Notes: a model not told the origin generated them from the sequence alone. DNA of 64,000 nucleotides from Candidatus Schekmanbacteria bacterium (GCA_016219965.1 JACRJM010000003.1:130299-194298), one strand, 5' to 3'; shown: positions 7,882-18,951, counted from the stretch's first letter. Numbers and translations are program-made.

Positions 7882-10629
7882 ATGGCATTAAATATAGAAA
7901 AAATAAATGAGATTGTTAATCAGCTTTCAATATCTTTGATTTCTGAAAACGGCAATTTTTTTTCTATTCCGCAAGTTAAAGCAGAAATAATAGAACTTCT
8001 AGAGTTACTCAATGCAGGCACTACCCCTGAGCTGTCAAATATATGCAATGAGATTAACGCAGTTATTCAGAAAGCTTCAGAATGTAAGAGTAATAAAAAT
8101 ATAGGTGATCCGACAAAAAGAATTTCAGAACTATTAATAAGTCTTCAGAATCTGATTCTCTCAACTCCACACCGGTCAGACAGCGATATATCTAAAAAGA
8201 ACACTCAATCATCTGGAGAGCCACATTTTGCCGTTCCAGAACATCAAAAAAAGGATGAAGAGATGCTTAATATACCTGATGACGAAAGAGAAATTTATGG
8301 AGATTTTGTTACAGAGAGTCTTGAACATATCCAACAGATAGAAAAAGGAATATTGGAACTTGAGAACAACAGTGCTGATGCAGAGATAATCAACAGTATG
8401 TTCCGTTGTTTTCATTCCATTAAGGGAAATTCCGGTTTTTTAAATCTTAAAGTGATGAACAATTTATCTCATAAGTGTGAGGGACTCCTTGACAAGCTCA
8501 GAAGCAAAAAAATGAACTATACTGAAGAGATTACAGATATTGTTCTTGAAGCAATTGACATTCTCAAGGGTATGCTCGGTGATATTGGTGCTGCGGTTCG
8601 CGATAAGCAACCGCTTAATTGTCACTATGAAATTGAAACATTTCTACAAAAAATAGAAGATGTTAAAAATCCTATCATTACTAAGGATGTCACTAAACCA
8701 TCAGATGTAAATAAATCTGATTCTGCTGAGATTAAACAACCCCAGGAGGCCACTTGTGATGAATTCAATGTTAACTCTTTAGTTAATAGGGAAGAGGAAG
8801 AGTTTATTCATCTTCCAGAGGACTCTGATATTAGCCTGATTGGTGAATTTATAACAGAAAGCAATGATAATATAGCTGGTGCTGAGGCCGCTCTTCTTTC
8901 TCTTGAAACTCAACCTGACGACATGGAAGCAGTTAACACATGCTTTCGAGCTTTTCATACAATGAAGGGAACTGCCGGTTTTATTGGCATAAAACCTATG
9001 GCAGAATTTGCTCATCACGCTGAATCACTTCTCAGTCGTATCCGTGACCGCAAAATCTCCTATACTCCCGGATATGCAGATCTGGCACTGCGTTCGATAG
9101 ATATGTTCAAGGAATTAATACAATCCCTACAGACTGTCTTAGGAGGAGAAACTGCAAGTAAACCTTCAGGCTACACTGAATTAATTCATGATTTAATGAA
9201 CCCTGAATCTGTCACTGCAAAGAATTCTATGCCAGAGATTGTCACTCCAAGGCTCGGAGATATTCTTGTTGCTGATGGAAAGGCTGACCGGAATGAAGTC
9301 GAAAAGGCTGCGTCATCTAAGAGCGAAGAACCAATAGGAGTAAAATTGGTAAAAAATGGCGCTGCATCCCTTCAGGATGTTGCAGGTGCCATACGTAAAC
9401 AACAATCTACTGCTGCTGGTGACAGCAACATTTCGGATACATCTGTACGAGTCAGGACAGACCGTCTTGACCGTCTCATAGATATGGTGGGTGAGCTTGT
9501 AATATCTCAGTCTATGGTTTCGCAGGATATAAGTGTAGCAGGCAATGGCTATCATGAGTTGTCAAAGAAAATTTCTCATACAGGAAAAATAGTAAGAGAG
9601 TTGCAGGATCTAACTATGTCAATGAGAATGGTGCCTCTTAAACCCACTTTCCAGAAAATGACACGACTCATAAGGGATCTTTCACGTAAGAGCGGAAAGA
9701 TTGTCAATTTCATTACACAGGGTGATGATACCGAGATAGACAGGAATATGGTTGATGTCATTAACGATCCTCTTGTACATATGCTTCGCAATGCTGCGGA
9801 CCATGGTGTTGAGTTGCCGGAAATCAGGGAAAAGAATGGGAAAGCAAAAGAAGGGACTATTTCTCTCTCAGCATACCATTCAGGCGGAAATGTTGTGATT
9901 GAAATTAAGGATGACGGCAAAGGAATTGACAGGGAAAAGGTAATTAAAAAAGCTGTTGCTGCCGGTCTTATTGACCCGGGGAAAAATCTGTCTGACAGCG
10001 AGGTGTTTAACCTTATATTTGAACCAGGCTTTTCTACAGCAGATAAAGTAACGGATATTTCGGGCAGAGGAGTTGGGATGGATGTAGTTAAGCGAGGAGT
10101 AGAGTCATTAAGGGGAAAGATTAATCTGACATCAGTTGCAGGCAAGGGAAGTACTTTTTCCATGTATCTGCCGCTCACAATGGCAATAACTGACGGTATG
10201 CTTGTTAAAGTAGGAAGCGAACGCTATCTCATTCCTACAGTGAATATTTCCATGAGTTTTAGACCTGATGCCAAACTCCTTTTTACGGTTGGTGAAAAAG
10301 GAGAAATTGTAATGCTTCGCGACAATCCTGTTCCAATATTCCGATTGCACAGTCTGTTTGGGATTAAAGGCGCAGTTGAAAATCCTTTAGAAGCATTGCT
10401 TGTTATCATAGATGACGGAAATCAACAGAATGCACTTCTTGTTGATGAATTATTGGGTCAGCATCAGGTTGTGGCAAAACCGCTGGGTAACTGGTTAGGA
10501 CAGATCCCCGGAGTATCTGGTGGCGCAATCCTGGGAGATGGACATGTCGGATTAATTCTTGACTCATCAGATCTTATTGCGGCGGCAAAACAAAATAGTA
10601 CTGCAAGTGATTGCAGATATGCAGCATAG
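7882..10629 (+). CDS. cheA: Chemotaxis histidine kinase CheA with two N-terminal Hpt (P1) domains
   Basis: Two Hpt motifs (HSIKGNSGFL and HTMKGTAGFI). Dimerisation domain (RLDRLIDMVGELVISQSM), HATPase_c (HMLRNAADHG…GRGVGMDVV) and a C-terminal CheW-like domain follow. Confidence 0.9.
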   Translation: MALNIEKINEIVNQLSISLISENGNFFSIPQVKAEIIELLELLNAGTTPELSNICNEINAVIQKASECKSNKNIGDPTKRISELLISLQNLILSTPHRSDSDISKKNTQSSGEPHFAVPEHQKKDEEMLNIPDDEREIYGDFVTESLEHIQQIEKGILELENNSADAEIINSMFRCFHSIKGNSGFLNLKVMNNLSHKCEGLLDKLRSKKMNYTEEITDIVLEAIDILKGMLGDIGAAVRDKQPLNCHYEIETFLQKIEDVKNPIITKDVTKPSDVNKSDSAEIKQPQEATCDEFNVNSLVNREEEEFIHLPEDSDISLIGEFITESNDNIAGAEAALLSLETQPDDMEAVNTCFRAFHTMKGTAGFIGIKPMAEFAHHAESLLSRIRDRKISYTPGYADLALRSIDMFKELIQSLQTVLGGETASKPSGYTELIHDLMNPESVTAKNSMPEIVTPRLGDILVADGKADRNEVEKAASSKSEEPIGVKLVKNGAASLQDVAGAIRKQQSTAAGDSNISDTSVRVRTDRLDRLIDMVGELVISQSMVSQDISVAGNGYHELSKKISHTGKIVRELQDLTMSMRMVPLKPTFQKMTRLIRDLSRKSGKIVNFITQGDDTEIDRNMVDVINDPLVHMLRNAADHGVELPEIREKNGKAKEGTISLSAYHSGGNVVIEIKDDGKGIDREKVIKKAVAAGLIDPGKNLSDSEVFNLIFEPGFSTADKVTDISGRGVGMDVVKRGVESLRGKINLTSVAGKGSTFSMYLPLTMAITDGMLVKVGSERYLIPTVNISMSFRPDAKLLFTVGEKGEIVMLRDNPVPIFRLHSLFGIKGAVENPLEALLVIIDDGNQQNALLVDELLGQHQVVAKPLGNWLGQIPGVSGGAILGDGHVGLILDSSDLIAAAKQNSTASDCRYAA

Positions 10630-10669
10630 ATACTTTTTAAAATGACAAAATTTAAAGAGGGAAAGAAAC

Positions 10670-11182
10670 ATGTTAGGTGGAAATGAAGGGATAAATGAAA
10701 ACCGAGATAAGGGATTTAATTCCGAAAAGGCTGCTGGCAAGTCTGGCGAAACAAAGAAATTTCTCAGCTTTTTTCTTGGAACAGAAGAATACGGAATAGA
10801 CATTGTTAGTGTCCACGAGATCATTGGTGTATTACCCATAACTTCAATTCCATACACTTCAAATTTTATCAAGGGTGTAATTAATCTTCGTGGGAAGATA
10901 ATTCCGGTAATTGACTTAAGGCTCAAGTTTGAAATGAGTGAAGCTGAATATACAGAAGAAACATGCATAATAGTTACCCAGTCGGAAAACTTACAAGTTG
11001 GTGTCATCGTAGACAAAGTATCAGAGGTTCTAGATATTTCACCCTCTCAAATTGAGGATGTGCCATCTTTTGGAATAAGAACAAATATTGATTACCTTTT
11101 AGGCATCTGTAACATCAGGGGAGGAGTCAAACTTTTGCTTGATATAGATAATGTACTTTCAAGCAAGGCAGCTTCAGCATAA
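10670..11182 (+). CDS. cheW: Chemotaxis coupling protein CheW
   Basis: 170 aa with a CheW fold (FLSFFLGTEEYGIDIVSVHEII…NLRGKIIPVIDLR). Confidence 0.85.
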   Translation: MLGGNEGINENRDKGFNSEKAAGKSGETKKFLSFFLGTEEYGIDIVSVHEIIGVLPITSIPYTSNFIKGVINLRGKIIPVIDLRLKFEMSEAEYTEETCIIVTQSENLQVGVIVDKVSEVLDISPSQIEDVPSFGIRTNIDYLLGICNIRGGVKLLLDIDNVLSSKAASA

Positions 11183-11252
11183 ATACATCGAAACATCTAT
11201 AAAGAATAATTTTGGCAATGAATAAAAATGAATAAAATGGAGGGGAATAGTT

Positions 11253-13736
11253 ATGTTGAATAGAATCAAATCAAGTCTGTCTATTAAAATTTGTACTCTC
11301 GTTGCCAGCGTTTTGACCATAGTGCTCGCGACAACCGGTTATTTCCAGATTAAGGACAAGGAAAGTATGTTTATGAACGACTTAATCGAAGAGTCCTCTA
11401 ACATGACGTCAGTTTTAGATTCATCCCTACATCAGGGAATGATGAAGGCTGATATGGAAGGAATTGACGATGTGTTAAACAAGACAGGCCAGATAAAAAA
11501 AATAAAAAGGGCCTACATACTTTCATCCTCAGGCAAAGTTTTCAAATCTTCAGATAAAACACTGGTTGGGAAAACTGAAGGACAGTCAGCGATTGAAAAG
11601 ATTAAAGGGACAAGGCAGAATTTTTTTGAACTAATGAAAACTTCTGACGGTAATCCTTATGTAATGGGATTAAGCGCAATTTCGACTGAAAAAGGGTGCA
11701 TCGAGTGTCACGCAGAGTTTAAGGAAGGGGAAACAATCGGCTACCTTGGGCTTGATACATGGGCTATAGATAATTTCAAAGATCTTGAGGCGAGCACAAC
11801 AAAGACCGTTCTTTCTTATGCGATTGCCGTTATGCTTCTCCTCGCTACAATAATTTTTATTATCAGGAAGTCTGTAAATCCTATTGTCAATATTTCCAGG
11901 GCCGCCAGCTTAATTTCAAAAGGTGACTTAAATCAGTCAGTAGATTTTCATTCTGATGATGAGGTAGGAGCTCTTGCAAATTCTTTCCGTGAACTCATCG
12001 ATTACATCAAGAAAGTGAGCGATGCAGCAGATCAGTTAAGCAAGGGGAAACTGAAGATTGATATTGAGATGAAAAGTGACAAGGATGAATTAAATAAATC
12101 CTTTCAGCAATTACAGATAACCATGAATAATCTTGTTACAGAAATTGATCAGATGATCCAATGGGCTAAGGATGGAGAACTTCAAAAACGCGGTGATCCA
12201 TCTAAGTTTGAAGGAGGTTATCGCAAATTAATAAAGAGCACAAATGAAATGCTTGATGCGGTAATCGAGCCTGTGAACGACGCCTCCAATGTTCTGGAGC
12301 GAATAGCAGAAAAGGATCTTACGGCGCAGATAACCGGAGACTATAAAGGTGACCATGCTAAGATCAAAAATTCTCTGAACAGAGCTGTTTTCAATCTAAG
12401 CAACGGGCTTGAACAGGTTGCTGTAGGAGCAGACCAGGTTTCATCCGCATCTTCAGAGATAGGAAGCGGAAGCCAGTCGCTGGCTCAGAGTGCGTCTGAA
12501 CAGGCTGGTTCGCTTCAGGAGATATCGAGTAGTTTGCATGAGATAGCATCAATGACAAGACAAAACAGGGAAAATTCCAAAGAGGCAGAAGCCCTTTCTA
12601 GTGCAGCCAAGTCCAGTGCCAATAAGGGTGTAGAAAGCATGAAGCGACTCTCCGATGCCATTAACAAGATTAAGGCATCTTCAGACGAAACTGCAAAGAT
12701 TGTAAAAACCATTGATGAGATAGCATTTCAGACAAATCTTCTTGCCCTAAATGCTGCAGTTGAGGCTGCCAGAGCTGGAGATGCAGGAAAAGGATTTGCC
12801 GTAGTTGCTGAAGAAGTAAGAAATCTTGCAATGAGAAGCGCTGAAGCTGCGAAAAACACTGCTGCCATGATTGAGGGTTCAGTGAAAAAGTCTGAAGATG
12901 GCGTTGTGATCAATAAGGAAGTTTTAGCCAATTTAGAAGAAATAAATGGGAACGTGACTAAAGTCAGTGAGGTTATGTCTGAGATATCTGTCGCATCAGA
13001 GCAGCAAAGTCAGGGGATAGAGCAGCTAAACACTGCTGTGGAGCAGTTAAACCAGGTTACCCAGCATAATGCGTCATATTCAGAGGAATCTGCAAGTGCA
13101 GCACAGGAACTTTCCGGACAGGCATCTGAAATGAAAAATTTAGTTAATAGCTTTAAACTTGGAAAGTTTAGCAACAACGATAGTACTGATATGGAAAATA
13201 ATAGTAGAAGACTACGCACAACAGGGACAAGAACTGTAAGCGCAATGCCGGAACACCGAAAAACAGGAAGCTCTGCCAGCTCATCTGTTGACTTTTCTTC
13301 AGCAAGAACCAAGCACAGACTCTGGATTACAAGACTCAGGTCTTTTTTAGACGGCAAGGAATCGCTTACTGAGCAACAGATTGTCTCACATAAGGACTGT
13401 GACCTTGGAAAATGGATCTATGCGGAAGGCATTAAAAAATATGGAAACATTGCCCAGTTCCAGCAGCTTGAAAAAATACATGAGGATTTTCATTCAAAGA
13501 TAAAGACTGTTAAACAGCATAGAGATTCAGGAGATATTCAGCTTGCTGAACAGGCTTTTGATAAAATGATGCCAATCTCTGAACATGTAATTTCTCTGCT
13601 TAATGATATTGAGCAGAAATTAAAATCTCCCAATTCAAGTACTGTTTCTCAACAGGGAGAGATGGAATCAGATGGTTTAGGAAAAATAGTTCCCATGCGT
13701 AATGATATGGAAAAAGCTTTCTTGCAGTCTTTTTAA
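11253..13736 (+). CDS. Methyl-accepting chemotaxis protein with a periplasmic CxxCH (c-type heme) sensor domain, HAMP repeats and a C-terminal CZB zinc-binding domain
   Basis: TM1 at residues 12-32 and TM2 at about 186-208. The periplasmic domain of about 150 aa contains CIECH. HAMP and MCP signalling domains (…[31 protein letters not shown]…) follow. The C-terminal HRLWITRL…CDLGKWIY…HEDFH matches the CZB Hx3W…CxLGKW…H motif. Confidence 0.85.
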   Translation: MLNRIKSSLSIKICTLVASVLTIVLATTGYFQIKDKESMFMNDLIEESSNMTSVLDSSLHQGMMKADMEGIDDVLNKTGQIKKIKRAYILSSSGKVFKSSDKTLVGKTEGQSAIEKIKGTRQNFFELMKTSDGNPYVMGLSAISTEKGCIECHAEFKEGETIGYLGLDTWAIDNFKDLEASTTKTVLSYAIAVMLLLATIIFIIRKSVNPIVNISRAASLISKGDLNQSVDFHSDDEVGALANSFRELIDYIKKVSDAADQLSKGKLKIDIEMKSDKDELNKSFQQLQITMNNLVTEIDQMIQWAKDGELQKRGDPSKFEGGYRKLIKSTNEMLDAVIEPVNDASNVLERIAEKDLTAQITGDYKGDHAKIKNSLNRAVFNLSNGLEQVAVGADQVSSASSEIGSGSQSLAQSASEQAGSLQEISSSLHEIASMTRQNRENSKEAEALSSAAKSSANKGVESMKRLSDAINKIKASSDETAKIVKTIDEIAFQTNLLALNAAVEAARAGDAGKGFAVVAEEVRNLAMRSAEAAKNTAAMIEGSVKKSEDGVVINKEVLANLEEINGNVTKVSEVMSEISVASEQQSQGIEQLNTAVEQLNQVTQHNASYSEESASAAQELSGQASEMKNLVNSFKLGKFSNNDSTDMENNSRRLRTTGTRTVSAMPEHRKTGSSASSSVDFSSARTKHRLWITRLRSFLDGKESLTEQQIVSHKDCDLGKWIYAEGIKKYGNIAQFQQLEKIHEDFHSKIKTVKQHRDSGDIQLAEQAFDKMMPISEHVISLLNDIEQKLKSPNSSTVSQQGEMESDGLGKIVPMRNDMEKAFLQSF

Positions 13737-13798
13737 TGCTTAACGCTGTGTAACTATTTTGACTGGAATATTTTTCTGGGGACTTTTGGAGGAAAAAA

Positions 13799-14650
13799 AT
13801 GAGCAATATTTCCGCAAACGAAACTGCACACAGTATTGCAACTTTTCATCTCAAAGAAGCCGAGTTTAAAAAAATTTGCAGGATCGTATACAGTGTATGC
13901 GGAATAGATCTGCACGAAGGGAAGGAAGAACTGGTAAAATCGCGCCTTTCTAAGCGCCTCAGGGCTTTGAATATAAATAGCTTTGAGAATTATCTTACTT
14001 TTATTGAAAAAGAGCCTTCAAAAAAAGAATTAAATTATATGGTAGATATATTGACTACCAATAAAACATATTTTTTCCGGGAATCTCAGCACTTTGACCT
14101 TCTTAAACAAAAAGTCATTCCAAAACTTGATCATTCAAAAATCAGGTTCTGGAGTGCAGGGTGTTCGTCCGGAGAAGAACCATACACTCTTTCCATTCTT
14201 TTAAGGGAAGAAATACCTGATATTGATAAAATTGATGTAAAAATTCTTGCTACAGATATATCCTCAAGGGTTCTCGAAAAAGCAAATTCAGCAGTTTATG
14301 AAAAAGAAGCCTTCAATGATCTTCCTCAGGCATATTTAAGAAAATATTTCACCAGCGTTGGATCTAACTCGCATCAGTCTTTCCGTGTAAATGAGAACAT
14401 AATGAAAACAGTTTATTTTGCACAGCTAAATCTCATGGAACAGTGGCCCATGGCAGGAAAGTTTGATGTCATATTTTGCAGGAATGTTATGATTTATTTT
14501 GACAGACCTACCAGAGAAAAACTGATTAACCGTTTTTGGGATTACTTAGTTCCCGGAGGATATCTTTTTGTAGGACATTCTGAAAGCCTCACAGGACTTT
14601 CGCATCAATTTGGTTATGTTCAGCCAGCGGTTTATATTAAATCCAATTAA
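13799..14650 (+). CDS. cheR: Chemotaxis protein methyltransferase CheR
   Basis: CheR N-terminal and SAM-methyltransferase domains (RFWSAGCSSGEEPYTLSILL). Confidence 0.85.
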   Translation: MSNISANETAHSIATFHLKEAEFKKICRIVYSVCGIDLHEGKEELVKSRLSKRLRALNINSFENYLTFIEKEPSKKELNYMVDILTTNKTYFFRESQHFDLLKQKVIPKLDHSKIRFWSAGCSSGEEPYTLSILLREEIPDIDKIDVKILATDISSRVLEKANSAVYEKEAFNDLPQAYLRKYFTSVGSNSHQSFRVNENIMKTVYFAQLNLMEQWPMAGKFDVIFCRNVMIYFDRPTREKLINRFWDYLVPGGYLFVGHSESLTGLSHQFGYVQPAVYIKSN

Positions 14651-14672
14651 AATAAAGATATGAGGTTTTGTA

Positions 14673-15197
14673 GTGATATATACTGTTGGCATTGCTGATA
14701 TGAAGATTTCGACTCAACATTCTGACATTATAATTACCTATGCTCTTGGAAGTTGTCTTGGAATTACAATTCATGACCCTGTGGCCTGCGTAGGTGCTAT
14801 GCTTCATATCATGCTACCTACTTCTTCAATAGACATACAAAAGGCAGCACAGAATCCCTGCATGTTTGTAGATACAGGAGTGCCCAAACTTTTTAATGAT
14901 TGTTACAAGTTTGGAGCGCGCAAAGAAAGACTTGTCGTGACAGTTGCCGGAGGCGCAAGTCCATTAAGCGTATCCGGGAATGATCATTTTCAGATTGGCA
15001 ACAGGAACTTTATAACATTAAGAAAACTTCTCTGGCATAATGGAGCGCTGCTTAAAGCATATGACGTCGGTGGAACAGTTGCTCGTACCATGTCTCTTGA
15101 GATAGGGACGGGCAAAGTAGTTGTGAAACATAGTGGCGGCGAAACAAAAGTAATTAACATTGACGTCGAAGATTGCAACGTCGGAAGGAGAAATTAA
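14673..15197 (+). CDS. cheD: Chemoreceptor glutamine deamidase CheD
   Basis: Motif ALGSCLGITIHDPVACVGAMLHIMLP; GTG start. Confidence 0.8.
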   Translation: MIYTVGIADMKISTQHSDIIITYALGSCLGITIHDPVACVGAMLHIMLPTSSIDIQKAAQNPCMFVDTGVPKLFNDCYKFGARKERLVVTVAGGASPLSVSGNDHFQIGNRNFITLRKLLWHNGALLKAYDVGGTVARTMSLEIGTGKVVVKHSGGETKVINIDVEDCNVGRRN

Positions 15198-15202
15198 CCT
15201 TT

Positions 15203-15592
15203 ATGCTAAACATACTGATTGTAGACGACAGCGCAGTTATGCGTGCAATGATAATCAAGACATTTAAGCTTTGTGGTATTCCCTTTGGTGAAATAATGGA
15301 AGCTTCAAACGGAAAAGAAGGGATAGATGTTATTGACACCAAGTGGGTTGACCTCATTCTTGCTGATATCAATATGCCGGTTATGAATGGCATAGAGATG
15401 ATAGATAAAATACAAAAAAATCCTCAAACTGCAGATACTCCCATAATAGTGATATCAACGGAAAGCAGCCAACCCAGGATAGAAGCCCTCAAAAACAAGG
15501 GCGTACACTTTGTAAAAAAACCATTTACTCCTGAAATTCTGAGAGAAACCATTACAAATATTATAGGAATAAAATTCAATGGAAAAGATTGA
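15203..15592 (+). CDS. CheY-like single-domain response regulator (second copy)
   Basis: REC domain MLNILIVDDSAVMRA…ILADINMPVMNG…KKP. I start it at the internal ATG 15203, which has a GGAGG RBS, rather than the ORF-track 15173. Confidence 0.8.
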   Translation: MLNILIVDDSAVMRAMIIKTFKLCGIPFGEIMEASNGKEGIDVIDTKWVDLILADINMPVMNGIEMIDKIQKNPQTADTPIIVISTESSQPRIEALKNKGVHFVKKPFTPEILRETITNIIGIKFNGKD

Positions 15593-16049
15593 AAATATAT
15601 TACTGAATGCGGCTACTAATGCTTTTGAACAGTTATGCTTCATGTTTAGTTCTCCTGATGATGAAGATACTGAAAAAAATTTACGTACCTGGGTAGCGTC
15701 GATTGTGAATTTTTCCGGCCCATTTTCTGGTAAATTAATTGTAAGAGCGCACAAAGGGTTGCTTAATGTAATTGCTTCAAACATGCTGGGGGAAGAGGCA
15801 TCAACAGCCAAACAACAGATAGATGCGCTTGGGGAAGTTTCAAATGTCATATGCGGAAGCGTTCTCCCTCAGATTGCCGGAGTAGCAGAGGTTTTTAATC
15901 TTGAAGCTCCGAAAATTCTTCAAAATTCTGAACCTGTATCACCTCAAAATGGAGAAAAAATGGTCTTTGTCAGCATGACTTTGGATGAGGGACGAGTTGA
16001 ATTACAACTTTTCATTAAAGAGGGATTAGAGCTTTTAAAGGAGGTCTAA
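15579..16049 (+). CDS. CheX-type phosphatase (second copy)
   Basis: DALGEVSNVICGS…EAP matches the D-x3-E-x2-N-x21-P motif. Overlaps the preceding cheY by 14 nt. Confidence 0.7.
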   Translation: MEKIENILLNAATNAFEQLCFMFSSPDDEDTEKNLRTWVASIVNFSGPFSGKLIVRAHKGLLNVIASNMLGEEASTAKQQIDALGEVSNVICGSVLPQIAGVAEVFNLEAPKILQNSEPVSPQNGEKMVFVSMTLDEGRVELQLFIKEGLELLKEV

Positions 16050-16050
16050 T

Positions 16051-17112
16051 GTGATCCGTGTACTGGTCGTAGACGATTCAGCGGTTGTAAGGAAAGTATT
16101 GACTGAAGAACTTTCCAAATATGAAGGGATTGAAGTTGTCGGAAGTGCAATAGATCCATATATTGCTCGTGAAAAAATCATCAGCCTTCGTCCTGATGTC
16201 ATAACCCTTGATTTGGAAATGCCAAGGATGGATGGCTTATCGTTTCTTTCAAAGTTAATGAAATTTTATCCATTACCTGTCATAGTTGTAAGTTCTCTTA
16301 CACCTGAAAACAGCGCTACCGCGATTAAGGCTCTTGAACTTGGAGCAATTGATGTAATATGTAAACCTGGTTCTGCTTATTCCATACCCAATGTATCTCA
16401 TCGTTTAGTAACTGCCATACGTGCTGCCGCAACTGCCAAAGTTGTCAAAATGCAGGATGTTAGCGAGAGCCAATCTTCTGTTGCATCGATAAGCGGATTT
16501 CAGCTTCAAACTACACATAGAATTATAGCTATTGGAGCATCAACTGGAGGAACAAAGGCAATAGAAGCTGTTCTGACTAAATTGCCTCCTACAACGCCAG
16601 GTATAGTTATAGTGCAACACATGCCTGAATATTTTACCGCAGGATTCGCAGAAAGACTTAACCAGATATGCAGAATGGAGGTAAGGGAGGCCAAGAACAA
16701 TGACCCTGTTGTACCGGGCGTTGTTCTGATTGCACCGGGTAATTACCATATGGTTTTGGAAAAATCAGGTGCTCGTTATTTCGTAAAGATAAAAGATGGC
16801 CCCTATGTCCACTATCAGCGTCCAAGCGTGGATGTACTGTTCCATTCTGTTGCAGCTAATGCCGGAAGAAATGCAGTCGGCGCCATTTTAACAGGAATGG
16901 GGGCTGATGGAGCTCAGGGACTTTTGAAAATGAGAGAAAACGGAGCACATACTATTGCTCAAGATGAACAATCATGTGTTGTCTTTGGAATGCCAAAAGA
17001 AGCTATAAATCTTGGGGCAGCTGATGAAATAGTTCCACTGCAGGACGTAGCACAGGCATTACTAAATGCCCTGGTTGATAACGATAATATAAGACAGGTT
17101 AAGACAGCCTGA
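16051..17112 (+). CDS. cheB: Chemotaxis response regulator protein-glutamate methylesterase CheB
   Basis: REC domain plus CheB methylesterase domain (IAIGASTGGTKAIEAVL…GMGADG). GTG start with AAAGGAGG RBS. Confidence 0.85.
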   Translation: MIRVLVVDDSAVVRKVLTEELSKYEGIEVVGSAIDPYIAREKIISLRPDVITLDLEMPRMDGLSFLSKLMKFYPLPVIVVSSLTPENSATAIKALELGAIDVICKPGSAYSIPNVSHRLVTAIRAAATAKVVKMQDVSESQSSVASISGFQLQTTHRIIAIGASTGGTKAIEAVLTKLPPTTPGIVIVQHMPEYFTAGFAERLNQICRMEVREAKNNDPVVPGVVLIAPGNYHMVLEKSGARYFVKIKDGPYVHYQRPSVDVLFHSVAANAGRNAVGAILTGMGADGAQGLLKMRENGAHTIAQDEQSCVVFGMPKEAINLGAADEIVPLQDVAQALLNALVDNDNIRQVKTA

Positions 17113-17190
17113 GAAGTAAAATATGTTTAAAAACTACAATAATGCGGAATGTAGCATGTATACCACTATATTCAAAGGAGGTAAAAAACC

Positions 17191-18045
17191 ATGAGCAGAC
17201 TTGATGAAATCATGGAGAAAGTAGATAAGTTACCTCCTTTTTCGAATGTTGTTGGCAGGGCAGCAGCCTTATTCAGCAACCCTGAAATAGAGCCAGAAGA
17301 AATAGTAGATGTAATTAAATTTGAACCTGCCATTACTGCAAACGTCCTGAAAATATGTAATTCTGCTTATTATGGCCTTATGAGAAAAGTAAGTTCCCTC
17401 AAGGAAGCAGCAACATATCTCGGGACCGAAGAACTCCTGAAAATTGCACTGGCAAACGGCATGGCTGATGTATTGAAAGACAATATAAAGGGCTATGATC
17501 TTAAAGAAGGGGAACTCTTTAAACATTCTATCGGATGTGCAATAGCATCCCAGTTGTTATCAAAAAAACTTTTTGTTCAGAATTCGAATATACTTTTTAC
17601 AGGATCTCTTTTGCATGATATCGGCAAGCTCATCTTAAGTGAATTTGTAAATGAGGAATACAATAATATACATAGGATGGTTGTTGAAAAACAATGTTCA
17701 TTCATAGAGGCTGAACGAGAGATACTTAACACAGATCATGCGGAGATAGGTGGTTTTTTAGCTGATGAGTGGAAATTTCCTGAGGAGCTCAAGGCAATAA
17801 TAAAATATCATCATGAGCCTGCAAAAGGCCCTGAATCGCAGCAACAGAATATCGAAATAGTTCATGTAAGCGATCTGTTGTGTCTTATATCCGGGATAGG
17901 GATAGGATCTGATGGTATGGCTTACAGGGCATCGCTCCAGCAAATTAACATTATAAAGCTTATTGACAGTAGCCTTGAATCACTTATATGCGACCTTATT
18001 ACAGAACTTGAGAAAGTGAGTACTTCATACAATCTCAGCAATTGA
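17191..18045 (+). CDS. HDOD domain protein
   Basis: HD-related output domain (…NVLKICNSAYYGLMRKVSSLKEAATYLG…HDIGKLIL). Last gene of the che operon. Confidence 0.7.
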   Translation: MSRLDEIMEKVDKLPPFSNVVGRAAALFSNPEIEPEEIVDVIKFEPAITANVLKICNSAYYGLMRKVSSLKEAATYLGTEELLKIALANGMADVLKDNIKGYDLKEGELFKHSIGCAIASQLLSKKLFVQNSNILFTGSLLHDIGKLILSEFVNEEYNNIHRMVVEKQCSFIEAEREILNTDHAEIGGFLADEWKFPEELKAIIKYHHEPAKGPESQQQNIEIVHVSDLLCLISGIGIGSDGMAYRASLQQINIIKLIDSSLESLICDLITELEKVSTSYNLSN

Positions 18046-18063
18046 GCTGTTAACCGGATTTTT

Positions 18064-18951
18064 TTACTCTGGAAATCCCTCTACTTCTCTGCAGAACTCG
18101 TTGGCTCTTAGTCCCTGGGTCCTTACTAAATTTATCATATCAATTCTTTTTTGCGTAAACCATGCTTCACGCAAAGGCCTGTCGGATATGTTTGAGACCG
18201 GATCCACCCATGCTCCAGCTTCACAAGGACAAAGTATAATATTCCCGTCAGTGGTAATTGACATTTCGTTTTCTATGAAATAACAACTTCTGGAATCAGG
18301 TACGCAGGGAATTGCCTCTTTGTCTAAATCACCGCCTCTTAAACGATATGAAGGGAACTGTACCTTTTTTATCCCCAGCTCGTTAAAGAACTTTTTAAAT
18401 TCCTCCCATCCTTCTGAAACCGTAATGGGAAGCTGTATTTTGGAAATCCAGACCTCTGCCGTTGAACCGGTCTTATGTTTGATATCCATAAACCTTTCTA
18501 CATTCTCCAATACCACACTTAACGGCAGGCCTCTTATGTATTTATATAACTCGTGGTTTAACGTATCAATGGAAAAAACTATTATGTCTGTATTACTTTC
18601 GAGGAGCCTGTAAGCTCTTTCCTCGTTGAGCAGATAACCTGTTGTTGTTATCCAGTTTGCAATCCCTTTGCTATTAGCCCTTTTCATAAAGCCGTATATC
18701 CTGTCGTCACAAAGGGGATCGTTAATCCACTCCCAGTTTATAAAACACTCCCAGTCAATCTCGTCCAGGATCTTATCGATCATCCAGTCAGGCATCAGCT
18801 TGTTCTTGCGTGTTTGAAGAACCTTGCTTCTGGGGCACATTATGCAGTTAGCCGGACACTGAGTTGTCGTCTCAATGGAAAAGTATGCCGGAAGATGAAG
18901 TCCTTCCCATACGTCCTGACCTGGGTAACGGAGAATAGCGTTCTCAGCCAA
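18064..18951 (-). CDS. Radical SAM enzyme with C-terminal SPASM/twitch domain
   Basis: CPANCIMCP (Cx3Cx2C) near the N-terminus. The C-terminal Cys cluster is CPCEAGAWVD…. Confidence 0.7.
   Translation of the reverse strand: MAENAILRYPGQDVWEGLHLPAYFSIETTTQCPANCIMCPRSKVLQTRKNKLMPDWMIDKILDEIDWECFINWEWINDPLCDDRIYGFMKRANSKGIANWITTTGYLLNEERAYRLLESNTDIIVFSIDTLNHELYKYIRGLPLSVVLENVERFMDIKHKTGSTAEVWISKIQLPITVSEGWEEFKKFFNELGIKKVQFPSYRLRGGDLDKEAIPCVPDSRSCYFIENEMSITTDGNIILCPCEAGAWVDPVSNISDRPLREAWFTQKRIDMINLVRTQGLRANEFCREVEGFPE

Noticed and set aside
9576-10178. A 200-aa antisense ORF inside cheA, and many similar 60-130-aa ORFs antisense to long genes (for example 12515-12931 and 22199-22727).
   Set aside because: They are fully contained in well-supported long CDSs on the opposite strand and have no RBS or recognisable domains. 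They are typical spurious ORFs.
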